DNA of 64,000 nucleotides from Chrysomallon squamiferum (Eukaryota; Animalia; Mollusca): assembly GCA_012295275.1 (NCBI GenBank), contig CM022671.1, positions 13,020,001-13,084,000 on the forward strand, read 5' to 3'. Below, one piece after another: positions 41,510 through 54,798 of the stretch. The translations under genes were made by a program, and so were the position numbers. Under the pieces are notes generated by a model. That model saw nothing but the letters and a program-made list of their open reading frames with translations, was not told the origin of the DNA and ran no database searches. Positions within the stretch are counted from its first letter, which is position 1, and every line of letters starts with the position of its first letter.

Positions 41510-44104
41510 ATGAAACTATGACTGATCATGTGACACCAGCAGAAGAAGTACACATTTAAAGCATAAACCATTAATGAATGATACTTTGAACAAGCCTTTT
41601 TCATCCAAGGAAATATCTACAGCAGTGAACAGGCTCCATTGTAGTTGATCAGCTGGAGAAAACTTTATTATTAATGAATATATTAAGTATACTATTAATA
41701 TTATACTATCTTTATATGTAATGTTATTCTTGGTACACAGCAGTTGGTTAGTGGGACTCATTAAACCCACATATAAAAATAAAAGTGCTCGAAATGACTG
41801 AAAATTATAGACATATTACATTATTAAGTTGTTTAAGTTATTTACATCTGTAATTAATTCTAGACTAAATAAGTATGCAGATGAAACAAACCTGACTTTA
41901 GAAAATCAAACAGGATTTCACAAAACTTATTACCATGACAGACCATATATTTTCTTTATATTCTTTAATTATTTTAATGGACAAATGTCAAAAGGAATTG
42001 CCTTGTGCTTTTATAGATTTTGAGAAAACTTTTGGTAGAGTTTGCAGAACTGGATTATGGAATAAGTTAATTAAGTCTGGTGTAACTGGAAAATGTTTTA
42101 ACATCTTAGTAAATGTGTGTAGATATATTAAGGTAAATATTATTGTGAACAGTTTGTTATTTGATAGTTTAATTGTGAATTCGGTGTCAGGCAAGGAGAA
42201 AATCTGCCACCGTTTTATTTTCTATTTTTCTGAATGAGTTTCCTATAGCTAATAAGGCAAATGGCATAGAATCAATTACAACAATGTTTAGTGAAGAATT
42301 TAATGTTTTTTTAAAGCTTTTTATTCTACTGTATGCTGATGATACAATACTGTTAGCAGAATCATTGGATATATTACAACATAATCTAAACATTTTTGTC
42401 AATTACTGTTGACTATGGAGACTTAAAGTTAATGCAGACTAAAACTAAAATAATGATTTTTGGTAAATTGACAAAACCTCATGTTTATACAGTGGTACCT
42501 TGACTTTTGAGTTTAATTCATTCTGTGACCAAGTTCATAACTCAATTTGCTCGTATATCAAATCAATTTTTCCAACTGAAATTAATTGAAATACCATTAG
42601 TCCGTTCCAGCCCCACAAAAACCACCCCAATTTTTTGTAATGTGTTTTTAAATAAGAAACAGTATTGATAAATGACAAATATTGTAAAAAAATAAAATAA
42701 AAGAGAATGAAAAGAAATAAATTGGTTTTGCACAGTTTATTTATCTTGGAGATCAGACAAATTATTTTAATGCCTTTGGCTGGAGTTACTGCCTTTGCCG
42801 ACTCCTTCAGCTTCAGTACGGTACATATCGTAGAAGTACTGGCTAGCCAAGTCAACTGCATGCTCACTCATGTTTTTCTACGATTTCATGCTTTAATTCA
42901 ATGGACATCATCCACTTCTTCTTCTCAGCACTGTCCTTTTCATTCACTTTCTTAGGATCCATGATCCAAAATTTGGTTTTTTGTCAAAATATTGCACAAA
43001 ATACAAACACAACACAACAGAGATGTTTCTGCAGTGAGGTAACCATGTCACGTAAATGGATGTTCATTGCACCATTTCGTGGCAGTGTATCTGAAGCTCA
43101 CTCATACCTCAGATTTCGGCTCATAACTCAAAGCAAAAACTGGACCGGGCAGCTACTTGTAACTTGAAAAATATGTAAGTTGGGGCACTCATAAGTCGAG
43201 GTACCACTGTATATTTAAAATTCGAAGGAGAGATTATATATATAATAAATAACAGTAAATAATTGGGCATAAACTTTACAAGAAATGGTCTATTCATTTA
43301 TATTGTAAAATGACTATATAATAAAGCAATGAAAGCTATGTATAGCCTAATAGCTAAAAGTTGTCAGAATAATCTCTCCATCAGTTGTATACTTGATTTA
43401 TTTGACAAACTTGTGCAACCAATTTTATTGTATGGTTCTGAAATGTGGTGTTTTACCAATGTACAACTAATAGAAAGCCTCCATATGAAATTTTGTTAGT
43501 ATTTATTGAGTGTTAATAAATGTACCCCTGGTTTTGTGATCTTTGATGAACTAGGAAAGTATCACCTTTGTATTTCTATAAAAGTAAGAATAATAACCTC
43601 TTGGGTTATGATTTAACATATATGGACTTATCACAACTTTGATAATGTTAAATGGTTACGTGAAATGGTTTGCAAAGTATTACATGATCAGTATCTATAA
43701 ATATGGAAAAATAAAATTGAAATGACTCCAAAGGGTATTAATTATAAATTTTAAAAAAATGAATTGAAATTAGAACATTATCTTACTGTGCTGCCTCAAA
43801 AGAATGCTAATGTCTTAAGTAAATTTAGAAGTTCTAATGTTAAACTTCCTATTGAAATTGGACAATGGTATATCAGATAACTACTATAATTTATTTAGTA
43901 GTAAAGATATGTTTTGCTTTAAAAAAGTTATGTGTTTATTAATAAGAACTATATGTGAGAGAGTATGTCCTCCCGTTAAACTTCCATGCATATGCATTTT
44001 AATTTTAACTTTGTTATTATATATCTGTAATACATTCTTCTCTGTACTGTAATTTACAGTTATGAGAATAAAGTCATTGTCACTGTCAATGTCATTGTCA
44101 TTGT
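41510..44104 (+). mobile_element. 5'-truncated non-LTR retrotransposon (RTE-X-like), decayed
   Basis: RT motifs SAGENFIINEYIK, ENQTGF, CAFIDFEKTF, GVRQGENL, LLYADDT, LKVNAD, and LFDKLVQPILLYGSEMW, with many stops and frameshifts. 3' end is AATAAA (44067) plus a (GTCATT)n-like tail. 5' boundary approximate; clade call from motif recall. Confidence 0.85.
42490..43209. mobile_element. Tigger/pogo-like MITE nested in the LINE
   Basis: TA|CAGTGGTACCTTGACTT ... AAGTCGAGGTACCACTG|TA. Splits the LINE ORF; same family as 56371-56707. Confidence 0.9.
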
Positions 44105-46710
44105 TACAGTTTCAGATAAAAAATATTATGCCTAATAACACTTGGGTGATACTAACAAAAGGGCCTGGTAATTCTGGTTTATTCTTATCTTCAGTATTAT
44201 TGATATCTTTGCTACCTTGAAGTTTCCTTTCATCCTGATCAGTTGTAATGATTTGCTGGTTATTCTCAAACCTAATGTTGCTTTGTGTTTATACAAGCCA
44301 ATGGATTAAGTCATGATTATTCATGTGGCTTCTTCTAATCCATTACTAAAAATCTGTGATTATTGCCTGTTTCATCTTTGTAAAACTAAATATGTTTCTG
44401 GGGTTTACTCATAAGTTCTTCTGTTAACACCAGTACATGATAAATTTAAAAATAACTTAAAATAGGACACAATTATAGCACAAACAGATTAATATATTTA
44501 TGATAAAACATCATATAAACAAATTATTGAGTAGAATATGAGACAAAGAAATAGCACACATTATTGCATATAGAATATAGAATATATGACAAACACAGAG
44601 TAGAAACTGATTATTATATACAGAATATTTGACAAAAACATAAAACACAAACAAATTACTACTTCTAGAATATAAGACAATGATAAATAGAAACAGATTA
44701 ATACATACATGAAAAAACATATACAGATTTCCACAGTCAGAACTGAGCCAGCACTCTGTCTTTGCTGGATCAGAGAGCTATTTCAAAAAGACCATTCAAC
44801 ATATAACATGTGATCAGAGTTCTGACCAAACATTAGCTTTTAATACAAAAGATCATGACAAAAATGACCAGGAACATGTGATAACTCTGAGGAGGTAAAT
44901 TGCATTAGATCTGCCTGCATAATTTACCAATGATATAACAAATGAGAGAAAGTGTGTGCTTTAGTTATTTTGCATAATGGCTGGACAGTATTTTTGGTCA
45001 TTTATTGAATTGCTTGCAGTTTTTTGTCATTTTTGCCTACTGCCTGGTGGTCACATGCACTTCACAAAATGACTTATTGTGTAGGCCTTACATTTAATGA
45101 CTGACTTCATGTAATTAATTTAGAAATTAAATAAATATATACCAAGGGCAAATAATAATAACTAATGACATCATTGCATATATCCTCTGTTGTACTATGC
45201 ACTAGGATATTATTAAATTCTTCAAATGCATGTTTCTAATTACAGATTAAAAAATTACAAAAATTTAACATAGTTTGTTGTCATGTTCAAATAGTGCTTT
45301 CTGTTCAAAAGTAATAACAATAAAATTTTGAAATATATAAAAATATATAAAAATAAAAATAAATAAACAAAACTTTAAAAAAGATGACAAAAATATAGAA
45401 ATAATTAGATATTCTTGTTTCAGAAAAAATATCTGCTTTTAGTTCAACAAATTCCATAACATTTGAGAATCAGTTACATAAAAGAGGGGTATAAAGAAAA
45501 TTTTACTGTTTTTGATGTTAACAAGATCTATGGTTTTTGATGCAAAATTAAATAATTGCAGATAATTATTTTATATAAAGAACCTCAATATTTGTTGACA
45601 AATGGTTGTTAATGGTATAGATTTTTTAATATTTCAAAGTAGGTCACAAAATGATTGTTTTATCAAGAGGATAATCAAAATATGCAGTAAAGAAATTACT
45701 ATCTGATGGAAATGACAGGACAGGCAACTGATTTTGCTGATTGTAATTACAGGTAAATTGTCCATATATTGTCACATTTTGTGTACTGTTAAAACAGAGA
45801 CTATGGAAGTTAACTCTCAACATTTTATTATCTAATAACTGGAAATCAACAGTCAAAGAAGATTTATAAAGAATATTATGTGTCTGGACAATGAAATCAA
45901 ATGAATCAAAATGTTATTGTTTGATTTGTGTCTTGTTAACATGGCTTGTTTTTTTAGAATATTTATATGATAGATGTAACTGTGTGTTTGTTAATGCGAT
46001 TATGCATTTGTATCCATTATTATATTGTGTGAGTATGTGTATGTGTACATATATATATATCTTTTATCTTATTTAGTTAAATATATTGAAAGTGCATATG
46101 CTGATATGAACAGGAAAACCAAATATATGTATTTGGTATATGTAATGAGCTTGGCTTCTTCATGTTCACACAAGTTTTGATTATAGACGAATCATGGTTT
46201 ATTTACCAATATATATAAATCTGGTTTCTTTATTCGTCTTCTTGACACTTGATTCAACATTTTATTTTTGTAAATTGATTATGTAACATCAACTGAAAGC
46301 AGAACAAATGTTCACTACTCATTTGTTGTAGATTATTTACAGCCAAGATGTTGTAGGTCATGAGATCAATCTTCTTTTTCTTCTTCTTCTTATTATTATA
46401 ATCATCATCATCATTAAAATTATTATTATTATTATTATTATTATTATTTAATCTGATTATTTCTTATTCAGTATTTCCTTTCTGTTAAAAATAAATAAAT
46501 AAAAACCACAAAAATCCTACATTTTATGGTCGATTAAAAACACATTTCATAACAGCATTCGCCGGTGTATTTGTTTTGACATATTGGAAAGGGTAAATTA
46601 CAAAAGCGTCGAGTCTAAATGGAAGCAGAAGAGAAAAGAGAATCTGAACATCGTCCATGTCAACTGATCAAAATAGCTCGTGAATGAAAGAAATGCGAAC
46701 GAAAACGGAC

Positions 46711-46944
46711 TTAAACACATGCATTGTACCTATTTGTATCATTTATTTCGAGCAGTTAACTATTAAATTTCAATTTATGTAATCTGTAAAAAAAAAAAAA
46801 AAAAAAAAACAAGGACAGAAAATGAACGTTAAACACATGCATTTTACCGATTTGTATCATTTATTTAGAGCAATTAACTGTTAAATTTCTATTTATATAA
46901 TCTGTAAAAAAAAAAAAAAAAAAGTACAGAAAAAGATCGTTAAA
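46711..46944. repeat. ~118-bp tandem duplication with poly(A), within a CpG-rich Tigger-like TE remnant
   Basis: TTAAACACATGCATT...AATCTGT(A)n...ACAGAAAA starts at 46711 and again at 46829. Followed by ATCGTTAAAGCGGGATGTCGTTAAGCGAG, a Tigger-like subterminal sequence. Confidence 0.75.
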
Positions 46945-47914
46945 GCGGGATGTCGTTAAGCGAGATATTACTTCATCTGTTTAATAATAGGTTTCCAAAT
47001 ACTATGGAACAGTTCATTATAATGACTGAATTGAAAGCAGGCATGTTAATGAGACCACTGAACCATATTTAGCCTTTCGACAAACTGGTGAATTCGACCA
47101 GGTGAGAGTAAGCCAGTGCGACTAATAACCCAACACCCCTAAAAAATATGGAATAAATTTGCCCGTCATTTGAAAGAGTCCAGTGGAGCGTTCCATTGTA
47201 GTATTGAAGAGGTTTAATATTTTCATAAATTACACTAAACGTTTATTAAATGTCAAAAAATTATTCATACATAAAATAAATAACATTAAACAAAATTAGA
47301 TTTTGCATTTGTAAACCGTGAGTGATAACGCAATTTAACGTCTTCTGAATTATACATGCTATTTTCACTACTGCAAGCGAAAATTCCGCCATTTAATATT
47401 TGTTCGTCGTATGTTCGGTAAATCGGTTCTAAAACTTTGCAAGTAGTACTTCAGCCCTACATTATTTTGATCTAGAACAAAAATAAAGAAAAGAATAAAT
47501 TTTAATATCAATTTAGACTGAAATATAAGCTAGAAAGGTGTAATTATTTTAAGTATTTAATATGTATTGAGTTTGGCATAACTGAAAATTAAATTTGTCA
47601 ACACATTTCTAATAGTAACATGCATTTATATTGCATATTATTACCAAGACTTGTCACCTCTGGGAAATGAAGTTTATTTCTACCAATATCACAACATATA
47701 AAAAAAAATCAATAAAATAATTGTGATGTTTTTGATACTGGTAGCTAATATTTAAAAATACTATGTCAGCTAAGTTACCATCCAGTTTGCCAAGTTGTTA
47801 AAATACCCACAATTTGCCACATGATCTAATATAGTTTCGATTACATCATTATATTGCACATGTACACAGGGGATGCTGTGCAAGATATTAAGAGTATCAA
47901 TTTAGTGTAAAACA

Positions 47915-48526
47915 GTTCTAGGAAGAAAAGCTATAGGAAGAAAAAGTCACAATTTTTTTATTAAAATTAAGAAATATATTAGAAATGAAAGAAAGATGAA
48001 ACACATATTCTTTGATTTTAATGTTGCTGGTTTAGGTGAATGTTCCACCCAATACCATGAAGAAATTCTGCCACAGTTGCAAATTGCGGTCCTCAAGGTT
48101 CTCTCTATAAGCCTCACTGAACCTAGACAATTACAACTAGATTTTTTGATGCATTTCCACCACAACTTTGTTTTATGAGATTCAGGTTTTGGTATACATG
48201 AACCCCTTATAACAGATTTTGTTACCACCCTTATTGCTATGAATAACTCGCATATTAAACATACTTCTGATACTAGAGCAAGCTGGAGAATACATAGTGA
48301 AACACATTTTAACCTGGAACATTTTATAAATTTGTCATTTACAATAGGAAACCCTTAGTTTAAATCTATCCTAATCAGTAAACTAAACACAGGCTGGACC
48401 CAATATGAAGCCCCTTTCTTTAATCTAGCCTAATCAATAAGCTTAAGAATTACCTCATGCATATTATGATGCCACATTCAATACGCTGCAAACCCATACA
48501 TTTTGTGACTTTTTTTCCCAGTCACC
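47915..48526 (-). mobile_element. FLYWCH-bearing MULE, non-autonomous copy
   Basis: TIR-like GGAAGAAAAAGTCACAA / TTGTGACTTTTTTTCCCAGTCACC, with a 9-bp TSD TGTAAAACA/TATAAAACA (47906-47914, 48527-48535). Minus-strand relic NKGGNKICYKGFMYTK / KTKLWWKCIKKSSCNCLGS. Confidence 0.8.
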
Positions 48527-51500
48527 TATAAAACACATCTAACAACAACAAGTTACCAAAACTGGTCTGCTGTTTTTTTTTTAAAATGGTAACTTTGCAA
48601 ACAGTAACTTGGATGATGTTTTTTCTCTCAATCTCATGATCTTGCAGTATATCCTGCCTTTTTGTTTTAAGTTTTGGTACAGGTAACCTACTTTTGATGT
48701 AAAACAGAAAATTAAACAAAACATTAATCTCAGATCAAAAGCATGCTTCTCATTATTGATGAGGATTGTAAGACCAATTGGTGAACATTTCAAAAGATTC
48801 AATGTGCATAGTTACTATTGATTTTATTGGCTAAAATGAAATGGTAACATTGTAGATATACTACATAGGAACAAGCAGTAAAACCTAACAATTCCTATAC
48901 TTTTGAAAGTTTAATAACCTAGACACTATTTAAAATCAATGAAAAATAAAATAATAAATGTATTTGGTTTTTACAACAGAGTGTAAATATACATTTGGTG
49001 CTAGAACATAAGAGGACACATTTTACAAAATAACTTTTTTATGCACCATCTTCAGTGAAACTATTATCGTTGAAATGATGATTATTTTTGCACAGTATTT
49101 ATTTTCACTATTTGGTACACTAAATACACAACAGTGGCTTTGCTAAGTAAAGAACTTCAAGCAGAAATCTCAACAATAATATTTAACAATTTATTTTACA
49201 GAGAATTGCTAACAGTAGCTGTCCACTGTCTTTATGTACTGAATAATTTATTTTCTATTTTTTATTTTTTTTTTTTTTTCCTTTTTGATATAACTATATA
49301 TTTAGGTCATAAACATGTTTTTTAAATTTTGTAAGAAACTAAAATATGTCTTCTAATCTTATGTTTTCTGTTTCTGTTTTATTTTGTTTCTATTATTAAA
49401 GATTTGGGAAATATTAGCTTTCATAATAAAAATATTTAGATGAGACATTAAATTATTTTAACTGAAGCACCTAATTCTTTGTTGACAGATATGTGTTAAT
49501 GGAATAGATTTTTTAGCTGTTTATGAGGCATCTGTCATTACACATCCCATGAGCAGTCTAAAACATAATTAAATTAAAAAGTTAAAAAGATTTCTTGAAG
49601 GTTTATAATATATTCTTCAAAATCAGAGCAGGATTTTTATCATTTTGCTACCAAAAACAATTGTTTTTATATTGACATATGAATATTTACATAGAATGAA
49701 ATATTTTCTCATTTGTAATATTCTGGGCAATTAAATTTGAATAATTCTCTGAAAATTCATCCAACTATTTTAGTATTTCAAAAATTCAACCAAATGCTTT
49801 AATATTTGAAATTTTAAAACGTTTTTGATTTTTGTTAATTCTTATTGTTATTTGTTAGAATATCTCTAAAGAATTCCATGTGTAAATTAATATTAAAAAT
49901 AATTATTTAAAATATAATAATGAATAATAATAATAATAAATTAAAATTTAATATTATTTCTTATATTTTTATTTTATCATTTTAGATCTTCAACTGCATC
50001 TGAAAAAATTAAAAATTGTTTACATAAAGACAAATACATGTTTAAACATGCACACTGAATGTACACATACTTAATTTAACAAAAAAGAAAAGAAAAACTT
50101 TATAAAAACAATAGTGTCAAAAATTGGATTATACTAAAACAAAGGGGGAAAAAATACCAAGTTTTATCTGGTCCAGATTTATTGTGACAGATTTAATAAT
50201 ATTACACTGTTACTGTGAACACGTAATCTTTCACTACACCATCCCGTTGATGTGAATTCAAATAATCTGACAAATTTATGCTGGTACTGTACAGCACTGT
50301 GACAATGGCACTGTAATCTGTAACAATTCCCCCAACTTGATTTGACACTTTATAACGCAGACTTCCCACCCTTTAAAAGATAATTTTATAAAAGAAATAG
50401 TTTAATAAATAATGAACTAGGATGATAAAAAGAAAGGATATAGCAATAACTGAACATGAGAACAAAGTTTTTGCTTGTTTCACATGACTTGTATCAAGAA
50501 TTTTGTGGGTTATAAGGCATGGATAGTAAAGGTATAATTTATTACATTATGTGTTTTAATGTAAATAAATAATAACAGCATGTTAATGTGTGGTGATTAT
50601 ACCATTTATATAGTGGTAAAAAAAAAAAAAAAAAACAGTTAGGAGAAAAATATATGTGCACACTTATTCACTCACACACACACAAAATTATATACATAAC
50701 AATGATCCATTAACCCATCCATCCATCCATAAATATATAATAAATACACAATACATCTTTAATACATTCATATATTCATACATATCACTGCATAATTTTT
50801 CATACTTTTACATTAAAACACACACACAGATTTTGCACACACCTGCAAGCTTACACCATCCCTAAAAAATCAAATATCCTCAAGGAATTCTCAAGCATTA
50901 AGTGGAATGATAGAAATTTCTCTGCCTTCTAAAGTGGTTCTTCAAAGCTTCATAATCTTTTATATTTGAAACAAACCATGTTATTTACAGAGAAACTTTG
51001 AATTTGCAACAGTGTCTGCTCTTTAAAAAGTTTTTATCAGTTTATCCACATCCTTCAATCAAGTTAACTTTAAGAAACTGATGATATAGATATGAATCTT
51101 AAGTTAGAACTCATTTTTTTAAATAATAAATTGTGACAATTTAATAAAAAAAAATTCTTATAATAATTTTTTTAAAGAAATTTTTCTAAAATAAATGTAA
51201 GTTTCTTTCAAATTAAAAAAACAAAGGTAAATTCTTAAAAACAAAAAAAAGAGAGGAAAGACAAGTAAAAAATTCTTATATTAACATATTTAATTTCTTT
51301 AAATTCACAAATAAAAGTAGATAAAATGTGTTAAAATTAACAAGACATGCCACTATTGTTTCCAATGGCAACTGATCGATAATTATCTGATGTTAGTGTA
51401 GTCATGTTACCATGAGAGTACTTTGTATGAATTATGATTATAATGAGGAGGAAGATAATGATGATAATAATGAAAAAGTGAAAAACTGTTATTCTGCTTT

Positions 51501-53608
51501 CGGTTGATGTTACATAATCGATTTAGGAACAATGCGCTCAGCCTCTGAACGTTAGAAAGAAACCAGGCCAAGTTCATTATATACAGAGGTAATCAGGTAT
51601 TGCGGTAGACGAATTTTTTTCTATGAAATGGGAATTATACGAACTGGGAATTCTTCCAGATGGGAAGACACCCTCTTGCCACTAACGTATCCTCCCATGT
51701 AATGACAACAGATGTTTGGAAACTAATCCCCTATCTGCTTTCACTAAAAAATAATATTTTAATAATTACAGGCTGTAAATAGCAAACACTTCAGTTGATT
51801 TGTTATTAAAGGTAATAAATTAACTGTTTGAAACTGCAGTGCTGTTTTTCTCATTTCATCAGAGGCAAATGTCTGATTTCTGTTGTTGTACAGGATGGGA
51901 TTAGGAATTCATTACTGACTGGTTTGTGGAAAATAAATAAATTTTAAAATAGTATAGAAGCATAGCTATTTTTTTTCTTAAAAAAAGAAGAACAGTTTAG
52001 ATTAAAAATAGTCTACCAGCATAATTTTTTTTTGTTTTTAGATTAAAAAAAAGATATGAAAAGAAATTTGTTAAAAATAGTTTAGTACAATATTTTATTT
52101 TTATTTTAGAAATAAAATTTAGTTTTAAAAAAGAGAAAAAAAGATGACGATAGTACTAGTTAAAATAAATACAGCCACATATATTTAACAATATTGTTAA
52201 ATAGTAATACAGTTTTGTCACATCTCAGCAATGAAAGAAACTGCTGATAATTAAATGTAAAATAAAATAAAATAAAATAAAAATACTAAAGACCAAAAGG
52301 CAACATATTAGAAACATCTGAATGTAAATAATTAAACTGTTTGCGTTTTTGTTTTTTTTCAATTTGGAGAAAATAACATTTCATCTTATTTCCAAGTGTT
52401 CAATTTACAAAAAAAAAAAACCACCCTCCCTCAAGTAATCCCACCATAAATGAACAATCCATTGTCAGATCAGACAAAATGACTTTAACTCAAAATTTGT
52501 TTTCATTTCCATGACAAGCTACTTAAAATAATTTTAAATCTGATAATTCCCCAAACAGTGAGGTAAAAACCATTGTCCTATGTAATAAAATAAAATATGA
52601 TACTGGATAGTTTGTCCCATGACAATAAGTTCCTCATCAGATGTGATCTAGTTGTAATAACAGACCTATTGTTTTTCCATTTGCCCAGGGAGATAACTCT
52701 GGATGACTCACAGCTGATGAGGGACAAGAAAAATGAAATTTATAAAACTAATTTTATGATCAAAGGAATGAGGCAATAATCTACTGGAGGACTCCCTGGC
52801 AGTTTTAATTCATTTTATAATCAAATTTAATCACGGTGTTCATTCAGATCAGCTTTCAACTTGTTCAGATCCACACACTATTGTTTTGTTTTCCAAGTTC
52901 AGTTTTTTTCTATGAGCTTTTCTTTTTTCTTTTATTTAGTTTAATGAAGCATCACTTTTTATTGATAGTTGATACACCAAAATACACCATATATAAAAGA
53001 GATTAATCTTGACATCTGTTAACCCTTCCATTGTCAATGACCATGATAAATTGGTGTGCTAGGAAAATAATCATGTGTCTAGGTGTAGATGTGAGCTGTA
53101 TGGTTAAAATTTCTCTTAATTTTGACATTAATAAGATGCAGCCAATGGAAGCTGATGGAACATAATGCTGCAAAAAAGCAAAATGATGGGAAGTCCTAGT
53201 ATTACTCACGGCATGGCTTCTTTACCTTCAGGGTTAATATCAATTAATACTGGCTCTGGTTAAGTGGCTAATTATTAATGAAACATTAATTTAGTTAAAT
53301 TACTGTTGTCAAAATAAAAAGTTAATTTATGTTGTATAACTAATAACGACAACAACAACAATAACGATAAAATTGTCTTTTGTACTAATGATAACATAAA
53401 TATCTTCACTTTTTTAATCATTAAAATAAATGTGCACATGTTGTTTTACTCCTTTTAATGATTTATATTTGCTCTGATGAAAAGCGATGAACAACACTTT
53501 TTTCCTTTTTATATCAAAAGAGTTGCAAGCATCAAATATGTGTTACAACATTACTACTGGCATTACAGATTTGTTATTAGCTTGCATAGTAGCATTATTA
53601 CTAGCATT

Positions 53609-53762
53609 ATTACCACCACTGTAAAACAAACATTATAGATTTATTACCACCATTGTAAAACAAACATTATAGAATTATTACCACCACCGTAAAACTAACA
53701 TTATAGAATTATTACCATCATCGTAAAACTAACATTATAGAATTATTACCACCATTGTAAAT
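53609..53762. repeat. 34-bp minisatellite, ~4.5 copies
   Basis: ATTACCACCAYTGTAAAACWAACATTATAGAATT units start at 53609, 53643, 53677, 53711 and 53745. Confidence 0.9.
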
Positions 53763-54757
53763 CTTTTGTTACACTGTAAAACTATTACCAAACCTATAAA
53801 TTATTACTATCTTAATTAAACTATTACCAACACTGTAAAATTATTGCCAGCATTCAGCAAGTGTTACTGTAATAATCACAGGGAAGCCACATATTTGTTG
53901 TACTATTCAGACTTGCCAGGATCCACAATGACTACTGAGATGTTTAATTAATATGAAAATCTCAACATGAAGGACACAGGGGATGATGAAAGATATGGTG
54001 TCTTTCCTCATCTCCTGAGTGTCTCCCATATGGTCAGATGGTAAGTTAAAAAGATTTTCAAGAATGATGTCAAATATTTGCTCAGTTCTTTAGTCCATGT
54101 CAAGATGAAATTAAGGTCTCTTACAAAGATTCAGTACAAAAGTTGAATGCCTGCCATTCACAGTATATCCTGTCTGTTGAAAAACTTTTTTTTATATTTA
54201 AACTTTGTTCAATTTTTTTTCTACACATTTAATGGTCACTATATTATTAAATGCATTTTTTTTCTTTTTCATTTCTTTTCATTTTGTTTTTATTTCTTCT
54301 TCTTTTTATCTTTTTTTTTCTACCAAAATCTGTATTGTTGGGGTTTTTAGTGGGTTTTTTTAAAAAATAATTAAATGTTTAAATGTTAAGAACACTTTTA
54401 TTATTATTTTTCTATTATTATTATTTTTTAAAATTTAAGAACATTTTTATTTTAATATTTTTTCTATTATTATTATTTTATTCATCTAGTGAGTTTTAGT
54501 TTAAAAAAAAGAAACCCTTTATATTCCTACCCAATTTTAGAAAACAGCTACAAGTTCTACAAAATCCATATATTACAGTTACATCTACAACTAAAATTAC
54601 CATCAATAACACTGTTATTACTATCACAAATACTGTAACTATTGATAACAAAATAATTCATGAATAATAAAACATAAAGAAAAGAAAAGCAAATGCAAAT
54701 TTAATTTTTAATTATTATTATTCATTTCTTAATCAAAAAAATAAAAAATAAAAAAAT

Positions 54758-54798
<41 letters not shown>

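Larger units (their letters stand above)
39249..44916 (+). repeat. large imperfect inverted duplication (fold-back) interrupted by a LINE
   Basis: Perfect complementary blocks: 39249-39263/44902-44916 (15 bp), 39320-39365/44798-44843 (46 bp), 39411-39428/44741-44758 (18 bp). Colinear weaker blocks continue inward. Confidence 0.9.

Noticed and set aside
47030-47215. tRNA gene or tRNA-derived SINE
   Set aside because: GAATTCGACC is only B-box-like; no cloverleaf, A-box spacing, tail or TSD established.
49489-49572. Possible third PDZ exon (ttgacAG|ICVNGIDFLAVYEASVITH...)
   Set aside because: VNGIDF is suggestive, but there are two extra residues before VNG, no TH..AV helix at the right spacing, a stop after 27 codons and no good donor. 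Probably chance, though a cryptic terminal exon is not excluded.
53609-53762. CRISPR-like array
   Set aside because: Head-to-tail 34-bp units with no unique spacers, no cas genes, and eukaryotic context.
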